A stretch of 64,000 nt of DNA from Candidatus Saccharimonadota bacterium (GTDB taxonomy: Bacteria; Patescibacteriota; Saccharimonadia; Saccharimonadales; AWTP1-31): NCBI GenBank assembly GCA_026395435.1, contig JAPLYT010000003.1, forward strand, positions 135,328-199,327. Direction: 5' to 3'. Shown piece after piece: positions 29,326 to 38,354 of the stretch (position 1 is the first letter of the stretch; each line of letters opens with the position of its first letter). Below the pieces are notes generated by a model, which saw only the letters and a list, made by a program, of their open reading frames with translations, did no database searches and had not been told where the DNA came from. A program made the position numbers and the translations under genes.

Positions 29326-29907
29326 ATGTCCCCACGTAAGCGTTTTGTTATCTTTTTGACCGCTGTTGTAGGTTTTATCCTCATTCTTTTTCTGATCTTT
29401 GGAAAAGGCTCATCAAACACACCGAAAAAAACTGATACCAAAAAAACAAACAACACTCCGTCATCTCTTGTTGATTATATCGATCGCGATTCAAAAGTGA
29501 TCTTGACCGTATCAGGACGTATCAACGGAGACGATGTCCATCGTCAGATTCGCATCACGGTCAGCCCAACAGATCGCGTCGCTGAAGTTATCCAGGGCTA
29601 CCAAAACAATGTCATTAAAACACAAAACATAACCAATAATCGTCAGGCATACGATCAGTTTATGCGTGCTTTAGCTCGTACAGGATTTTCAAAAGAACGT
29701 AAATCAAGCCTTAAGGATGAGCGCGGTATTTGCCCAACAGGTCAACGATACGTCTATGAAATCATCGATAATAACGATCAAGTTTCTCGCACCTGGGCAG
29801 GACAGTGTAACGCTGGTAATTCCCTGGGCAACGCGCCATTGATTCTTCAACTTTTCCGAAACCAGATCACCGACTACGGTAAGTTCGTCAACGGCGTAAA
29901 CCTTTAA
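29326..29907 (+). CDS. membrane-anchored hypothetical protein
   Basis: 193 aa; N-terminal TM (FVIFLTAVVGFILILFLIF), extracytoplasmic domain with 2 Cys. Confidence 0.4.
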   Translation: MSPRKRFVIFLTAVVGFILILFLIFGKGSSNTPKKTDTKKTNNTPSSLVDYIDRDSKVILTVSGRINGDDVHRQIRITVSPTDRVAEVIQGYQNNVIKTQNITNNRQAYDQFMRALARTGFSKERKSSLKDERGICPTGQRYVYEIIDNNDQVSRTWAGQCNAGNSLGNAPLILQLFRNQITDYGKFVNGVNL

Positions 29908-29975
29908 GACCGCTTGGGTCTTATTTTGTTAGAGATCTTTAGGCGCATTAACAAGAAGTCACGTATCATATAGAC

Positions 29976-30548
29976 ATGATACGTGCCATTATTTTTGATT
30001 GTTTTGGGGTACTCACCGGAGATATCTGGAGTGAATATGTGGCTCGTTTGCCGCAGGGCCAGCAAGAACCTGCTCGGGCGCTCAACCGGGCTCATGATGC
30101 CGGAATTATTACTTTCAAAGAATTTCTGTACGAAATTCGTGAACTCTCAGACATTGAGCCAAAAGTCGTTGAGGGTATCATCGGCAATGACATGCAGAAA
30201 AATATTCCGCTTTTCGAATTTATCGAGCAATTGAAGCTGTCATACAAGATCGGACTACTAAGTAATATCGGATCAAATTGGATTCGCGAATCATTTCTCA
30301 ATGAAGATGAGCAAGCGCTCTTCGATGATATCGCGTTATCGTATGAACTTGGTTTCATAAAACCTAATCCCAAGGTTTTTCAACTCGCGGCGAATAGGCT
30401 CGGGTGTGAACCGTCGGAATGCGTTATGGTGGATGATGGTCCTGGTAATGTTGCTGCAGCAAGAGAAGTGGGCATGCAAGCTATCGAGTATAGATCGTTT
30501 GCTCAATTCAAACATGACCTCGAAAATCTCATCAGCCAATCCGAATAA
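29976..30548 (+). CDS. HAD-superfamily hydrolase
   Basis: 190 aa; N-terminal IIFDCFGVL motif I-like, later SNIGS and VDDGPGNVAAA motif IV-like. Confidence 0.65.
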   Translation: MIRAIIFDCFGVLTGDIWSEYVARLPQGQQEPARALNRAHDAGIITFKEFLYEIRELSDIEPKVVEGIIGNDMQKNIPLFEFIEQLKLSYKIGLLSNIGSNWIRESFLNEDEQALFDDIALSYELGFIKPNPKVFQLAANRLGCEPSECVMVDDGPGNVAAAREVGMQAIEYRSFAQFKHDLENLISQSE

Positions 30549-30771
30549 TGAGTTTTGTTTTTGGACCGAGTATTTTCCTGAGTTCCACCGTGTGCATCCG
30601 CAGTGATCCGGCAAGTGCAGCGTTGCTCGCCGTTATCACTACTTGATTGCGCGCCACCGCTACTGCAACCTGTACATTAAATCGATCCAACACGAATTTT
30701 TTAATTTTGGCGATTTCGGGCGGTTCAGGGTCACTCCGCCGCGTTAATATGTCTTTCAACGATTCACTCAT
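30532..30771 (-). CDS. DUF721-like small protein (putative nucleic-acid-binding)
   Basis: 79 aa; ...VQVAVAVARNQVVITASNAALAGSLRMHTVELRKIL resembles the DUF721 core; its 3' end overlaps the HAD gene end by 17 nt. Confidence 0.35.
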   Translation of the reverse strand: MSESLKDILTRRSDPEPPEIAKIKKFVLDRFNVQVAVAVARNQVVITASNAALAGSLRMHTVELRKILGPKTKLIIRIG

Positions 30772-30836
30772 AGGTGGTAGTATAGCGAATAACAGATTAC
30801 AATACCTAGTACGTAATCAGAATGTAAGAGGATTTT

Positions 30837-31730
30837 GTGCCCGAACTTCCCGAAGTTGAGACAATTCGAATTGGACTACAAACGCTCCTGCCAGGCAGCC
30901 CAGTCTTGAGCGTGGATTTTGACTGGCCAAAATCCTTTCCGAATGCAGAAGCCGATGCACGTCAATTTCTCGTAGGTAGCCGTGTTGTAGCGGTTTCTCG
31001 GCGGGCTAAAGTTCTCATAATTGGTCTCGATTCTGGGTATAGTCTGGTGATTCATCTCAAGATGACCGGTCAGTTGGTCTACGTTCCAGGCGCAGCCAAA
31101 AATCCGTCCAAAGAGCGTTTTGGGGCAGGGCATCCGAGCGACTCACTAGTTGGTTCATTGCCCGACAAATCAACCCGCGTGACCATAACTTTTCAAGACA
31201 AAGCAGTCCTCTATTTTAACGATCAACGAAAATTTGGTTGGGTCCGATTATTACCGTCAGTCGAGGTCCCGCATATTGATTTCATGAAACGATTTGGCCC
31301 CGAGCCTCTCGAAGATACGTTTACACAAAAAGCGTTCACCACCCAGCTTACCCGCAGGGCGAGAAGTAGGATAAAAGCGGCACTGCTAGACCAGACAATT
31401 ATTGCAGGGATTGGAAACATCTATGCTGATGAAAGTTTGTGGGCCGCCAAAATACATCCCGAGACACGGGTGAAAGACATTTCTCCTGCTCGGCTCAAAG
31501 TGCTTCGAACTGCTATAATCGATGTTCTATCGTTATCAATTGCCAAAGGCGGTTCAACGAACAAAAATTATGTGAATGCCGAAGGAAAAAAGGGAAGTTA
31601 TATGGATTTTGCACATGTATATAATAGGACCGGCCAACCATGTGATCGCTGCGGCAATCCAATCCAAAAGATTCGTTCTGCAGGTCGTGGCACCCATATA
31701 TGCCTAACATGCCAGAGAGAACCATCATGA
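30837..31730 (+). CDS. mutM: formamidopyrimidine-DNA glycosylase
   Basis: MPELPEVETI N-terminus (catalytic Pro2/Glu3), C-terminal zinc finger CDRCGNPIQKIRSAGRGTHICLTC. Confidence 0.9.
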   Translation: MPELPEVETIRIGLQTLLPGSPVLSVDFDWPKSFPNAEADARQFLVGSRVVAVSRRAKVLIIGLDSGYSLVIHLKMTGQLVYVPGAAKNPSKERFGAGHPSDSLVGSLPDKSTRVTITFQDKAVLYFNDQRKFGWVRLLPSVEVPHIDFMKRFGPEPLEDTFTQKAFTTQLTRRARSRIKAALLDQTIIAGIGNIYADESLWAAKIHPETRVKDISPARLKVLRTAIIDVLSLSIAKGGSTNKNYVNAEGKKGSYMDFAHVYNRTGQPCDRCGNPIQKIRSAGRGTHICLTCQREPS

Positions 31731-32641
31731 TCACGACCCAATCCGGAGCTAATAGTTTAATGCTGACGCGTACTGTTCGTGAGCAGATCGATGCGTTTAT
31801 AAAAAGTATTGGAGATTTTGGCTTGGAAAGACTCAACGCCGCAGACACCGCGTACGCGCAGATCTACGAAGCGGTTCAGGCAATGCCTTTTTTGAGCGAT
31901 CGACGCATGGTCGTGATCGATAACCCCGCCAGCAATAAAGAACTCGCCGAAAATATTCAAAAATTACTTGATGCGGTGCAAGACACCACCGACGTAATCT
32001 TCGTCGAGGCCAAATTTGATAAACGGAGCGTACTCTACAAAACACTCAAGAAGAAAACTGAATTTGTAGAGCATGCCGAACTCGACGAACAAAGCCTCAT
32101 CCGCTGGGTTGCACTATTCGCAAAAGAGCAGGGGGGCGAACTCGGCGCAAGCGATGCTCGACTTCTTGTGCAACGTATTGGCATGAATCAATTGAAGATT
32201 TCGCACGAAGTAGAAAAACTACTCAGTTACAGCAGTCATGTTACGCGTGAAAGTATTCTGCTCCTTACTGAACCTACACCACAAAGCACCGTTTTTGATT
32301 TACTCGATGCTGCTCTCTCTGGCCAGACTGCCAAGGCTGAATCTCTCTACCGTGAACAGCGACGACTCAAAGTTGAACCGCATGCGATTCTGGCGTTACT
32401 AGGATGGCAGCTCCACATTTTGGCTGTCGTCAAAGCCGGTACCGGCAAAAGCCCTGACGATATTGCTCGTGCGGCTAAGCTCAACCCGTTTGTTGTTCGT
32501 AAATCGGCAGGACTCGCCAAATCTATTAGCGCCACGAGCTTGAAAGAATTAATCGCCCGCACCCTAGCTCTGGATATTCAGCTCAAAAGCCAAACCATCG
32601 ATGCCGACGAGGCAATGCAGGTACTTATCTCCACTATCTAG
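31727..32641 (+). CDS. holA: DNA polymerase III delta subunit
   Basis: About 305 aa with HolA-like architecture; ATG forms an ATGA overlap with the mutM stop. Confidence 0.65.
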   Translation: MITTQSGANSLMLTRTVREQIDAFIKSIGDFGLERLNAADTAYAQIYEAVQAMPFLSDRRMVVIDNPASNKELAENIQKLLDAVQDTTDVIFVEAKFDKRSVLYKTLKKKTEFVEHAELDEQSLIRWVALFAKEQGGELGASDARLLVQRIGMNQLKISHEVEKLLSYSSHVTRESILLLTEPTPQSTVFDLLDAALSGQTAKAESLYREQRRLKVEPHAILALLGWQLHILAVVKAGTGKSPDDIARAAKLNPFVVRKSAGLAKSISATSLKELIARTLALDIQLKSQTIDADEAMQVLISTI

Positions 32642-32692
32642 AGGTTTCTCCTCTAACAGATGTGAAAAATGTGAATTTACCTATACTTTGTG

Positions 32693-32726
32693 AATAAAAT
32701 AAAAATCCCCACGTATGAGTGGGGAT
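32693..32726 (-). terminator. rho-independent terminator for rpsT (hairpin tccccac/gtgggga followed by a T-run on the minus strand)
   Basis: Plus-strand aataaaataaaaatccccacgtatgagtggggatt; the A-run precedes the stem, so it is oriented for the minus-strand gene. Confidence 0.65.
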
Positions 32727-32748
32727 TACTGACAGGGTGTAGAAATAC

Positions 32749-33099
32749 CTATTTCTTAGTAGCTGTCTTTTTTGCAGGAGCCTTTTTCGCGACTGCTTTT
32801 TTAACTGCAGGCTTTGCAGTAGGTTTCTTAGTAACTGCTTTTTTTGCAGGAACTTTAGTGCCAGCTACTTTTGACGCAGCAGCGAGTTGTCGCTTTTTGC
32901 GTGCAGCTTTGTTCTTGTGGATGACACCTTTTTTCACCGCGATATCGATAGCGCTTTGTGCACTGTTAGCATTATCGCCAGTAATTGCAGCGTGGAAGCT
33001 TTTGATTGCTGATCGGAGTGTTCGTTTAGTTTTGCTATTGCGGGTTGCAGCTTTGCTAGCAACGCGAACTCGTTTTTTTGCAGATTTGATGATTGGCAT
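32749..33099 (-). CDS. rpsT: 30S ribosomal protein S20 with Lys/Ala-rich histone-H1-like C-terminal extension
   Basis: MPIIKSAKKRVRVASKAATRN...GVIHKNKAARKKRQL matches S20; extra 30 aa of KKAVAKKAPAKK repeats. Confidence 0.8.
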   Translation of the reverse strand: MPIIKSAKKRVRVASKAATRNSKTKRTLRSAIKSFHAAITGDNANSAQSAIDIAVKKGVIHKNKAARKKRQLAAASKVAGTKVPAKKAVTKKPTAKPAVKKAVAKKAPAKKTATKK

Positions 33100-33275
33100 G
33101 AACGTTGTAATCCTTAAATTATAAATAGTATTGATGTGTTCAGGAGATGATTATAACAGATGAGGGGCAGAGTAACAAGACCTGCAAATCTAAGGCAACT
33201 ATTGAAATTCTAGACAAGCGTAAGCTTATATGGTACTCTCGGCGTAGAGTAATCTAAAAAATAAAAACGAGCATC

Positions 33276-35024
33276 ATGGATCCAGCGACACCTCTCCAAC
33301 CATACGTACCGGCAGCCCCAGCTGCAAACCCCATACCGGCAGCACCTATGCCGGCCTATCCCGGTGCTCCGATGCCTCAAATGCCTGTAATGAATTCAAA
33401 CCCAGTACCACCGAATCCATACCAACCAATGGCACCGCCAATGCCGTATGCTCCTCTTGCGTCAAACCCAATGGGTGCTATGCCTCAGCCGGAACAACCA
33501 AGTGATCCACGGCTAGAACTTATTGAAAAATTGCGTTCTTCTAATAACATCCTTATAACGGTAAATAGCAACCCAACGGTCGACCAACTCTCGGCAGCTA
33601 TTGGTCTTACATTAGTACTCAACAAATTAGATAAGCATGCCACAGCGGTATTTAGTGGAGCTACGCCGTCAACGATAGAATTCTTACAGCCAGAAAAAAC
33701 TATCGAGAAAAACACTGACAGTTTGCGCGATTTCATTATTGCGCTCGATAAAGCTAAAGCAGATAAGCTTCGCTACAAGGTAGAAGATACGTTTGTTAAG
33801 ATTTTTATCACCCCGTATCATACGAGTTTGTCAGAGAAAGACCTTGAATTCAGTCAGGGCGACTTCAATGTCGATGTCGTTGTGGCACTCGGAGTTCACC
33901 AAAAGGAAGAGCTCGACCAAGCCATTACTGCCCATGGTCGAATACTTCACGATGCAGTCACCGTAAGTGTTAATAATAAACAAACTGCCGAGCTTGGCGC
34001 CGTTAACTGGTTTCAGTCAGACGCGAGTAGTTTGTGCGAAATGGTTGTCGGGCTTATCGAACCGCTTCAAGGCGATAAAGTACTCCTCGATACTCAAATC
34101 GCCACTGCATTCTTGACCGGAATTGTTGCCGAGACCGAACGCTTTAGTAACACCAAGACGACTCCTCACACGATGAATACGTCAGCTATATTGATGAAAG
34201 CCGGCGCAAATCAACAACTTGTGGCTAGCAAGCTCGAAGAACCAAAGCCGATTAAGCATGACGACCCCGAAGATGCTAAAAAGTTGGATGAAATCGCCCA
34301 TGAGGGTCTAGTTCCAAGTGCAACAAAAGATGGTTCGCTCGAAGTTTCTCATAAAAAGGTAGATGTTCCGACGGTCAAAGCAAAAACAATGCAAGAAATC
34401 GAGAAAGAGAATCGTGCTAGTGACACGTCAAATTCCGAAGGTGACTCAGACCTTGCGAAAATACACATCGATGATGATGGCAAATTTGTATCTTCCGAAG
34501 ATATGGCTGCAGCAAAAGCAGCTGCACCAGCCGCTCCGCCTGCACAACCATCGAATATGATTCTGACACCTCCAACTATTGGCGGTGATATGAGTGCCAC
34601 CATGCGCGCCGACGATGCCCTCGAGCCACCCAAAGAATCGCATGACCAGCCAACAACATCTGAGCATCACAAAACAATTAATCCACTTAGTGCAGACGAA
34701 AAAGAACAAACACTAGAGCAGATTGAAAAAGCAGTCGACAGTAAACACTTACAAGAAACGGTATCTGCCGAAGACACCGCACGCGCTGCGGTTGAATCGG
34801 TTACGAATACCATGCCTGGTAAGTTAGAGCCTACGGCTGCGCTTAATGCTCAACCTGTTGATCTCCAAAAAGAAGCTGATCCTAATGAAACAATTTCCGA
34901 GAATGTTTTTCCACCGCAATTGATTGGTCCAGATACGGGTCCGGGGCCTGATCCGACGGCTGGGGCGAGCGATCCAACTGCTCCGCCACTAGTTCCTCCT
35001 CCTTTGATGCCGCCTAGTGCCTAG
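33276..35024 (+). CDS. NrnA-like DHH/DHHA1-fold protein with degenerate catalytic motifs; Pro-rich N-terminal and acidic C-terminal disordered tails
   Basis: The core, starting at about residue 90, has DHH-family topology, and its IATAFLTGIVAETERF segment resembles the DHHA1 GIxTDTGxF segment. Motif I is NSNPTVDQ instead of HxNPDGD, and the DHH motif is replaced by GVHQ. Confidence 0.4.
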   Translation: MDPATPLQPYVPAAPAANPIPAAPMPAYPGAPMPQMPVMNSNPVPPNPYQPMAPPMPYAPLASNPMGAMPQPEQPSDPRLELIEKLRSSNNILITVNSNPTVDQLSAAIGLTLVLNKLDKHATAVFSGATPSTIEFLQPEKTIEKNTDSLRDFIIALDKAKADKLRYKVEDTFVKIFITPYHTSLSEKDLEFSQGDFNVDVVVALGVHQKEELDQAITAHGRILHDAVTVSVNNKQTAELGAVNWFQSDASSLCEMVVGLIEPLQGDKVLLDTQIATAFLTGIVAETERFSNTKTTPHTMNTSAILMKAGANQQLVASKLEEPKPIKHDDPEDAKKLDEIAHEGLVPSATKDGSLEVSHKKVDVPTVKAKTMQEIEKENRASDTSNSEGDSDLAKIHIDDDGKFVSSEDMAAAKAAAPAAPPAQPSNMILTPPTIGGDMSATMRADDALEPPKESHDQPTTSEHHKTINPLSADEKEQTLEQIEKAVDSKHLQETVSAEDTARAAVESVTNTMPGKLEPTAALNAQPVDLQKEADPNETISENVFPPQLIGPDTGPGPDPTAGASDPTAPPLVPPPLMPPSA

Positions 35025-35074
35025 CTTCCCATGCCTGTATTATCTTTTTGATTACTCAAGTATACTAGTGGCTC

Positions 35075-35767
35075 ATGGACAAAGTATTACTTATTGATAA
35101 GCCGCGAGAATGGACCAGTTTTGATGTCGTGGCCAAAGTGCGTTCGATTCTTCGTGGTGCAGAGCAGGGGCCTCGTCCCAAAGGTTCGCCTAAGGTCCGC
35201 GTAGGACACGCTGGTACTCTTGATCCTCTGGCCACCGGCCTGTTAGTGGTTTTGGTCGGCAAAGCCACCAAACAGCAAGATGCCTATATGAAACAAGACA
35301 AAATCTATGAGGTAGAACTCACACTTGGTCAAACCAGCACTACTGCCGATGAAGAAGGAGAAAAGACCCTCGTTTCAAGTATCGAACCTAGCAAATCGGA
35401 CGTTGAAAAAGCGGTGCTTTCTTTTGTGGGCGAAATAAGCCAAATCCCGCCGGCATTTTCAGCCATAAAAGTCGATGGTCAGCGAGCGTATAAGCTTGCT
35501 CGAGCGGGTAAACCCGTCGAAATGCGACCGCGAAAAGTCACAATTTATTCAATCGAACAGATTGAGTATGAATATCCTAAGGTCACTTTCACGACAAAAG
35601 TATCCAGCGGTACCTACATTCGTACCCTCGCAACTGACGTTGGCGATAAACTTAATACTGGTGCCTATATGAGTAATCTTAGGCGGACACAAATCGGCGA
35701 ATTCAGCATTACCGATGCGCTCCCGGTTGACGATATCCCAGCAGCTTTAGCTACCCCTGTAGAATAA
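35075..35767 (+). CDS. truB: tRNA pseudouridine(55) synthase
   Basis: LLIDKPREWTSFDVV...GHAGTLDPLATGLL (catalytic Asp motif). Confidence 0.9.
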   Translation: MDKVLLIDKPREWTSFDVVAKVRSILRGAEQGPRPKGSPKVRVGHAGTLDPLATGLLVVLVGKATKQQDAYMKQDKIYEVELTLGQTSTTADEEGEKTLVSSIEPSKSDVEKAVLSFVGEISQIPPAFSAIKVDGQRAYKLARAGKPVEMRPRKVTIYSIEQIEYEYPKVTFTTKVSSGTYIRTLATDVGDKLNTGAYMSNLRRTQIGEFSITDALPVDDIPAALATPVE

Positions 35768-35797
35768 GTAGTCCATATCTGTTAGAATAGACAGATT

Positions 35798-37450
35798 ATG
35801 GTTATTAGCCTCGACATTGCCGAAAAGTCTTTCGGAGATAAAATATTGTATCAAGACTTGCAGCTTGAGATTCAAGACGGCGAAAAAATAGGGCTCGTTG
35901 GTCGGAATGGGACAGGCAAGACCACGCTTTTACACATTATGACCGGTGAAGACAAAGACTATGACGGTAATGTACGGCTCAAACGCGGTGCAATCCTGAT
36001 TGGATCTCGGCAGGAGCACCATGGATTCGAGCATATGCATGTTCTTGAATACATTTTAGGCGATTTACCTGAATACGCCCAGCTCAAGCACATACTCGAT
36101 ACGTACCCTGCATCTATGGGTGAGAATACTCGAAAATTACAGACCTATTCAGATACGCTCGAGCGATTTAGCCAGCTTGGCTATTTTGAAGTAGAAGCGG
36201 AAATCATCGAAGCTCTCAACGCCTATCAGGTGTCGGAAGAGAAGTCGATGGGCATGCTCAAAAATCTGAGTGGTGGCCAGAAGCGAATGGTGGAACTGGT
36301 CAAAGTACAACGGGCACGAGCCCACTTGGCACTGATCGACGAACCGACAAACCACATGGACTTTGTAGCTAAAAAAGCATTTTTGAAGTGGTTCAAATCT
36401 GCCCGCGAGGCAGTGTTGGTGATTACGCATGACCGTGACGTACTGCAGGCAGTCGATCGCATCATTGAAGTTCGCGACGAACGAGCTTTCAGCTACCCAG
36501 GCAACTACGATGATTACTTGCGGGTCAATGCCGTCAAGATTACCTCTGAGGTAAACCAATATAGTATGGTGCAGCGGCGTATTTCAAATCTCAAGGAAAA
36601 CGTCATTCGTTTTCGTCGCCTTAAGGAGAAATCACGTGATCCTGGCACTATTCAGCGCTTTAAGTCGCTTGAACAAAAGGCGAGTGCCGAGCTTGTTAAG
36701 CTCGAGAAGACCGAAATGCCAACATTCTGGATCGATCGAGACTCAGTGGAAGAACTTAACGACAAAATGGGCGCAGCCTATCAGAAACACAAAGCCAAGA
36801 ACATCAAGGTAGATGCGAAATCTATCGAGGCAGAGACCAACCGCTTACTTGTTGAAGTGCAGAAGGTAAGCCTCGGCTACGACACACCGTTATTCGAAAA
36901 TATCAACTTTGCACTCCGCGAAGGCGACCGCATTCGACTCCACGGCCGAAACGGTGCCGGTAAATCAACACTGGTAAAAGCCATTATTGCTCGAGTCAAC
37001 GACATCCCGATCGAATCAACCCTCTACGCCGGTACTATCTTGAGTGAGCGAGAGCTCAACATCGGTGTCTACGAGCAAGAAATTGATCCGAAATACCTCA
37101 AAATGACACTCGCTACAGCCATTGAGACCGCCTATATGGCCAAAGACGTCCCGATCAGCGACCAGAAGGTCAAGCAACTACTCGGTGATTACCTATTTAA
37201 CCCAGCCACCGATGGTGATGTGCCTCTTACACGCTTAAGCGGTGGCCAGAAAGCCCGTTTCCAACTCATGAACATGCTGGCAGGTGATCCGCACATCTTA
37301 GTACTCGATGAGCCAACCAACCACCTCGACCTCCCAAGTATTGAAGAACTCGAAAACGCTCTCGACAGCTACCACGGGGCAGTTATCTACATCTCTCACG
37401 ATAGCTACTTCGCCCGCAATGTCGGCGGCACAACCATCGACATCGCTTAA
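35798..37450 (+). CDS. ABC-F family ATPase (two ABC cassettes, no TM domain)
   Basis: Two Walker A (GRNGTGKTT, GRNGAGKST), two LSGGQK signatures, inter-domain linker. Confidence 0.9.
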   Translation: MVISLDIAEKSFGDKILYQDLQLEIQDGEKIGLVGRNGTGKTTLLHIMTGEDKDYDGNVRLKRGAILIGSRQEHHGFEHMHVLEYILGDLPEYAQLKHILDTYPASMGENTRKLQTYSDTLERFSQLGYFEVEAEIIEALNAYQVSEEKSMGMLKNLSGGQKRMVELVKVQRARAHLALIDEPTNHMDFVAKKAFLKWFKSAREAVLVITHDRDVLQAVDRIIEVRDERAFSYPGNYDDYLRVNAVKITSEVNQYSMVQRRISNLKENVIRFRRLKEKSRDPGTIQRFKSLEQKASAELVKLEKTEMPTFWIDRDSVEELNDKMGAAYQKHKAKNIKVDAKSIEAETNRLLVEVQKVSLGYDTPLFENINFALREGDRIRLHGRNGAGKSTLVKAIIARVNDIPIESTLYAGTILSERELNIGVYEQEIDPKYLKMTLATAIETAYMAKDVPISDQKVKQLLGDYLFNPATDGDVPLTRLSGGQKARFQLMNMLAGDPHILVLDEPTNHLDLPSIEELENALDSYHGAVIYISHDSYFARNVGGTTIDIA

Positions 37451-37471
37451 TTAAGTATTGACTTAATTAAG
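37446..37471. promoter_or_regulatory. tandem 10-bp palindromes cttaattaag-N6-cttaattaag overlapping the -35 of the arsR promoter; candidate ArsR operator
   Basis: Read directly; promoter TTGACT (37458-37463), 17-nt spacer, TATTAT (37481-37486). Confidence 0.5.
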
Positions 37472-37492
37472 ACATTGCTGTATTATGCTGGT

Positions 37493-37795
37493 ATGGATAA
37501 ATTTTATGCATTAGCAACACCCATCAGGCGCGAGATACTGGCGATACTTTCCGGGCAAAAACAGCTCACAGCAACTGCAATTGCGGAGCAGTTTCAGGTG
37601 AGTCCGTCGGCCATTTCTCAACACCTAAAGATCCTTCTCAATAGCGATCTTGTTCTAATGCATAAACAAGCACAACAGCGTATTTACGAGCTAAATACCG
37701 ATGCTATGCAAGAACTTGAAGAGTGGGCACATCTCATGTCGAGTCAAATTGCTGCAATTCACCCACAGACACCTAAAGACGCCACCAAGACATAA
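37493..37795 (+). CDS. ArsR/SmtB-family metalloregulator (likely leaderless start)
   Basis: MDKFYALATPIRREILAILSGQKQLTATAIAEQFQVSPSAISQHLKIL; the ATG at 37493 is 7 nt after the -10, and the upstream in-frame ATG (37475) lies inside the promoter. Confidence 0.8.
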   Translation: MDKFYALATPIRREILAILSGQKQLTATAIAEQFQVSPSAISQHLKILLNSDLVLMHKQAQQRIYELNTDAMQELEEWAHLMSSQIAAIHPQTPKDATKT

Positions 37796-37832
37796 ACCGG
37801 CGTCTGTTTGAATAAGATTTAGGAGAAATATC

Positions 37833-38354
37833 ATGGCATATGAACTAGCTGGTGCTGGTCTGTTTGTTGGCGCCATTGCTGGCGGCGTTTTAGGCCTCGG
37901 AGCAGGCGCAGTATACGAAGAATTTAGTAACCCAGAGCCTGCAGCCGTTCTGCAGGCCGAAGCAAAGTATCAAGACGCATTGAGCGATAGAACAATAGCG
38001 CTTAAGGATGGTAGGCGTGTTGAGGTACTCCTCGGCGCTGATTGTATGCGCTTAATTAGGGCTCATGAGGATGAAACACCCGATGAACGACTTAGTTATG
38101 TAGTTGAAAAAGGGGATGGGGCATGTGGCGATGGAGTTGCAAAAGTTAAGGACGCCATCGACGCGTACACAGGAGCGGAAGCGGATATTGAAGCAGCAAA
38201 AGGTGCTGTCGGCAAAGCCACCGCAGAAAAGGCTCTTCTTGTAGATGACGATACCTCAGAAATATTGCTCAAATGTGCTATCGCAGGAGCTTTAGTTGGT
38301 GGTATCGGCCTTGGTGGTTTCGGATATGAAATGGAGGATGGATTCGGTGGATAA
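37833..38354 (+). CDS. hypothetical protein with glycine-zipper hydrophobic segments at both termini
   Basis: 173 aa; GAGLFVGAIAGGVLGLGAGAV at the N-terminus and AGALVGGIGLGGFG at the C-terminus. Confidence 0.4.
   Translation: MAYELAGAGLFVGAIAGGVLGLGAGAVYEEFSNPEPAAVLQAEAKYQDALSDRTIALKDGRRVEVLLGADCMRLIRAHEDETPDERLSYVVEKGDGACGDGVAKVKDAIDAYTGAEADIEAAKGAVGKATAEKALLVDDDTSEILLKCAIAGALVGGIGLGGFGYEMEDGFGG

Noticed and set aside
32690-33124. 144-aa plus-strand ORF rich in Ala/Phe/Leu
   Set aside because: It is antisense to rpsT; it is generated by the complement of the Lys/Ala repeat region.
33276-33560. Pro/Met/Ala-rich N-terminus of the DHH-like protein considered as a separate gene, or as PPE-like
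   Set aside because: It is continuous in frame with the DHH-like core and there is no internal RBS/start preference; it is treated as a disordered tail of one protein.
36149-36559. 136-aa minus-strand ORF
   Set aside because: It is antisense within the ABC-F ATPase gene.
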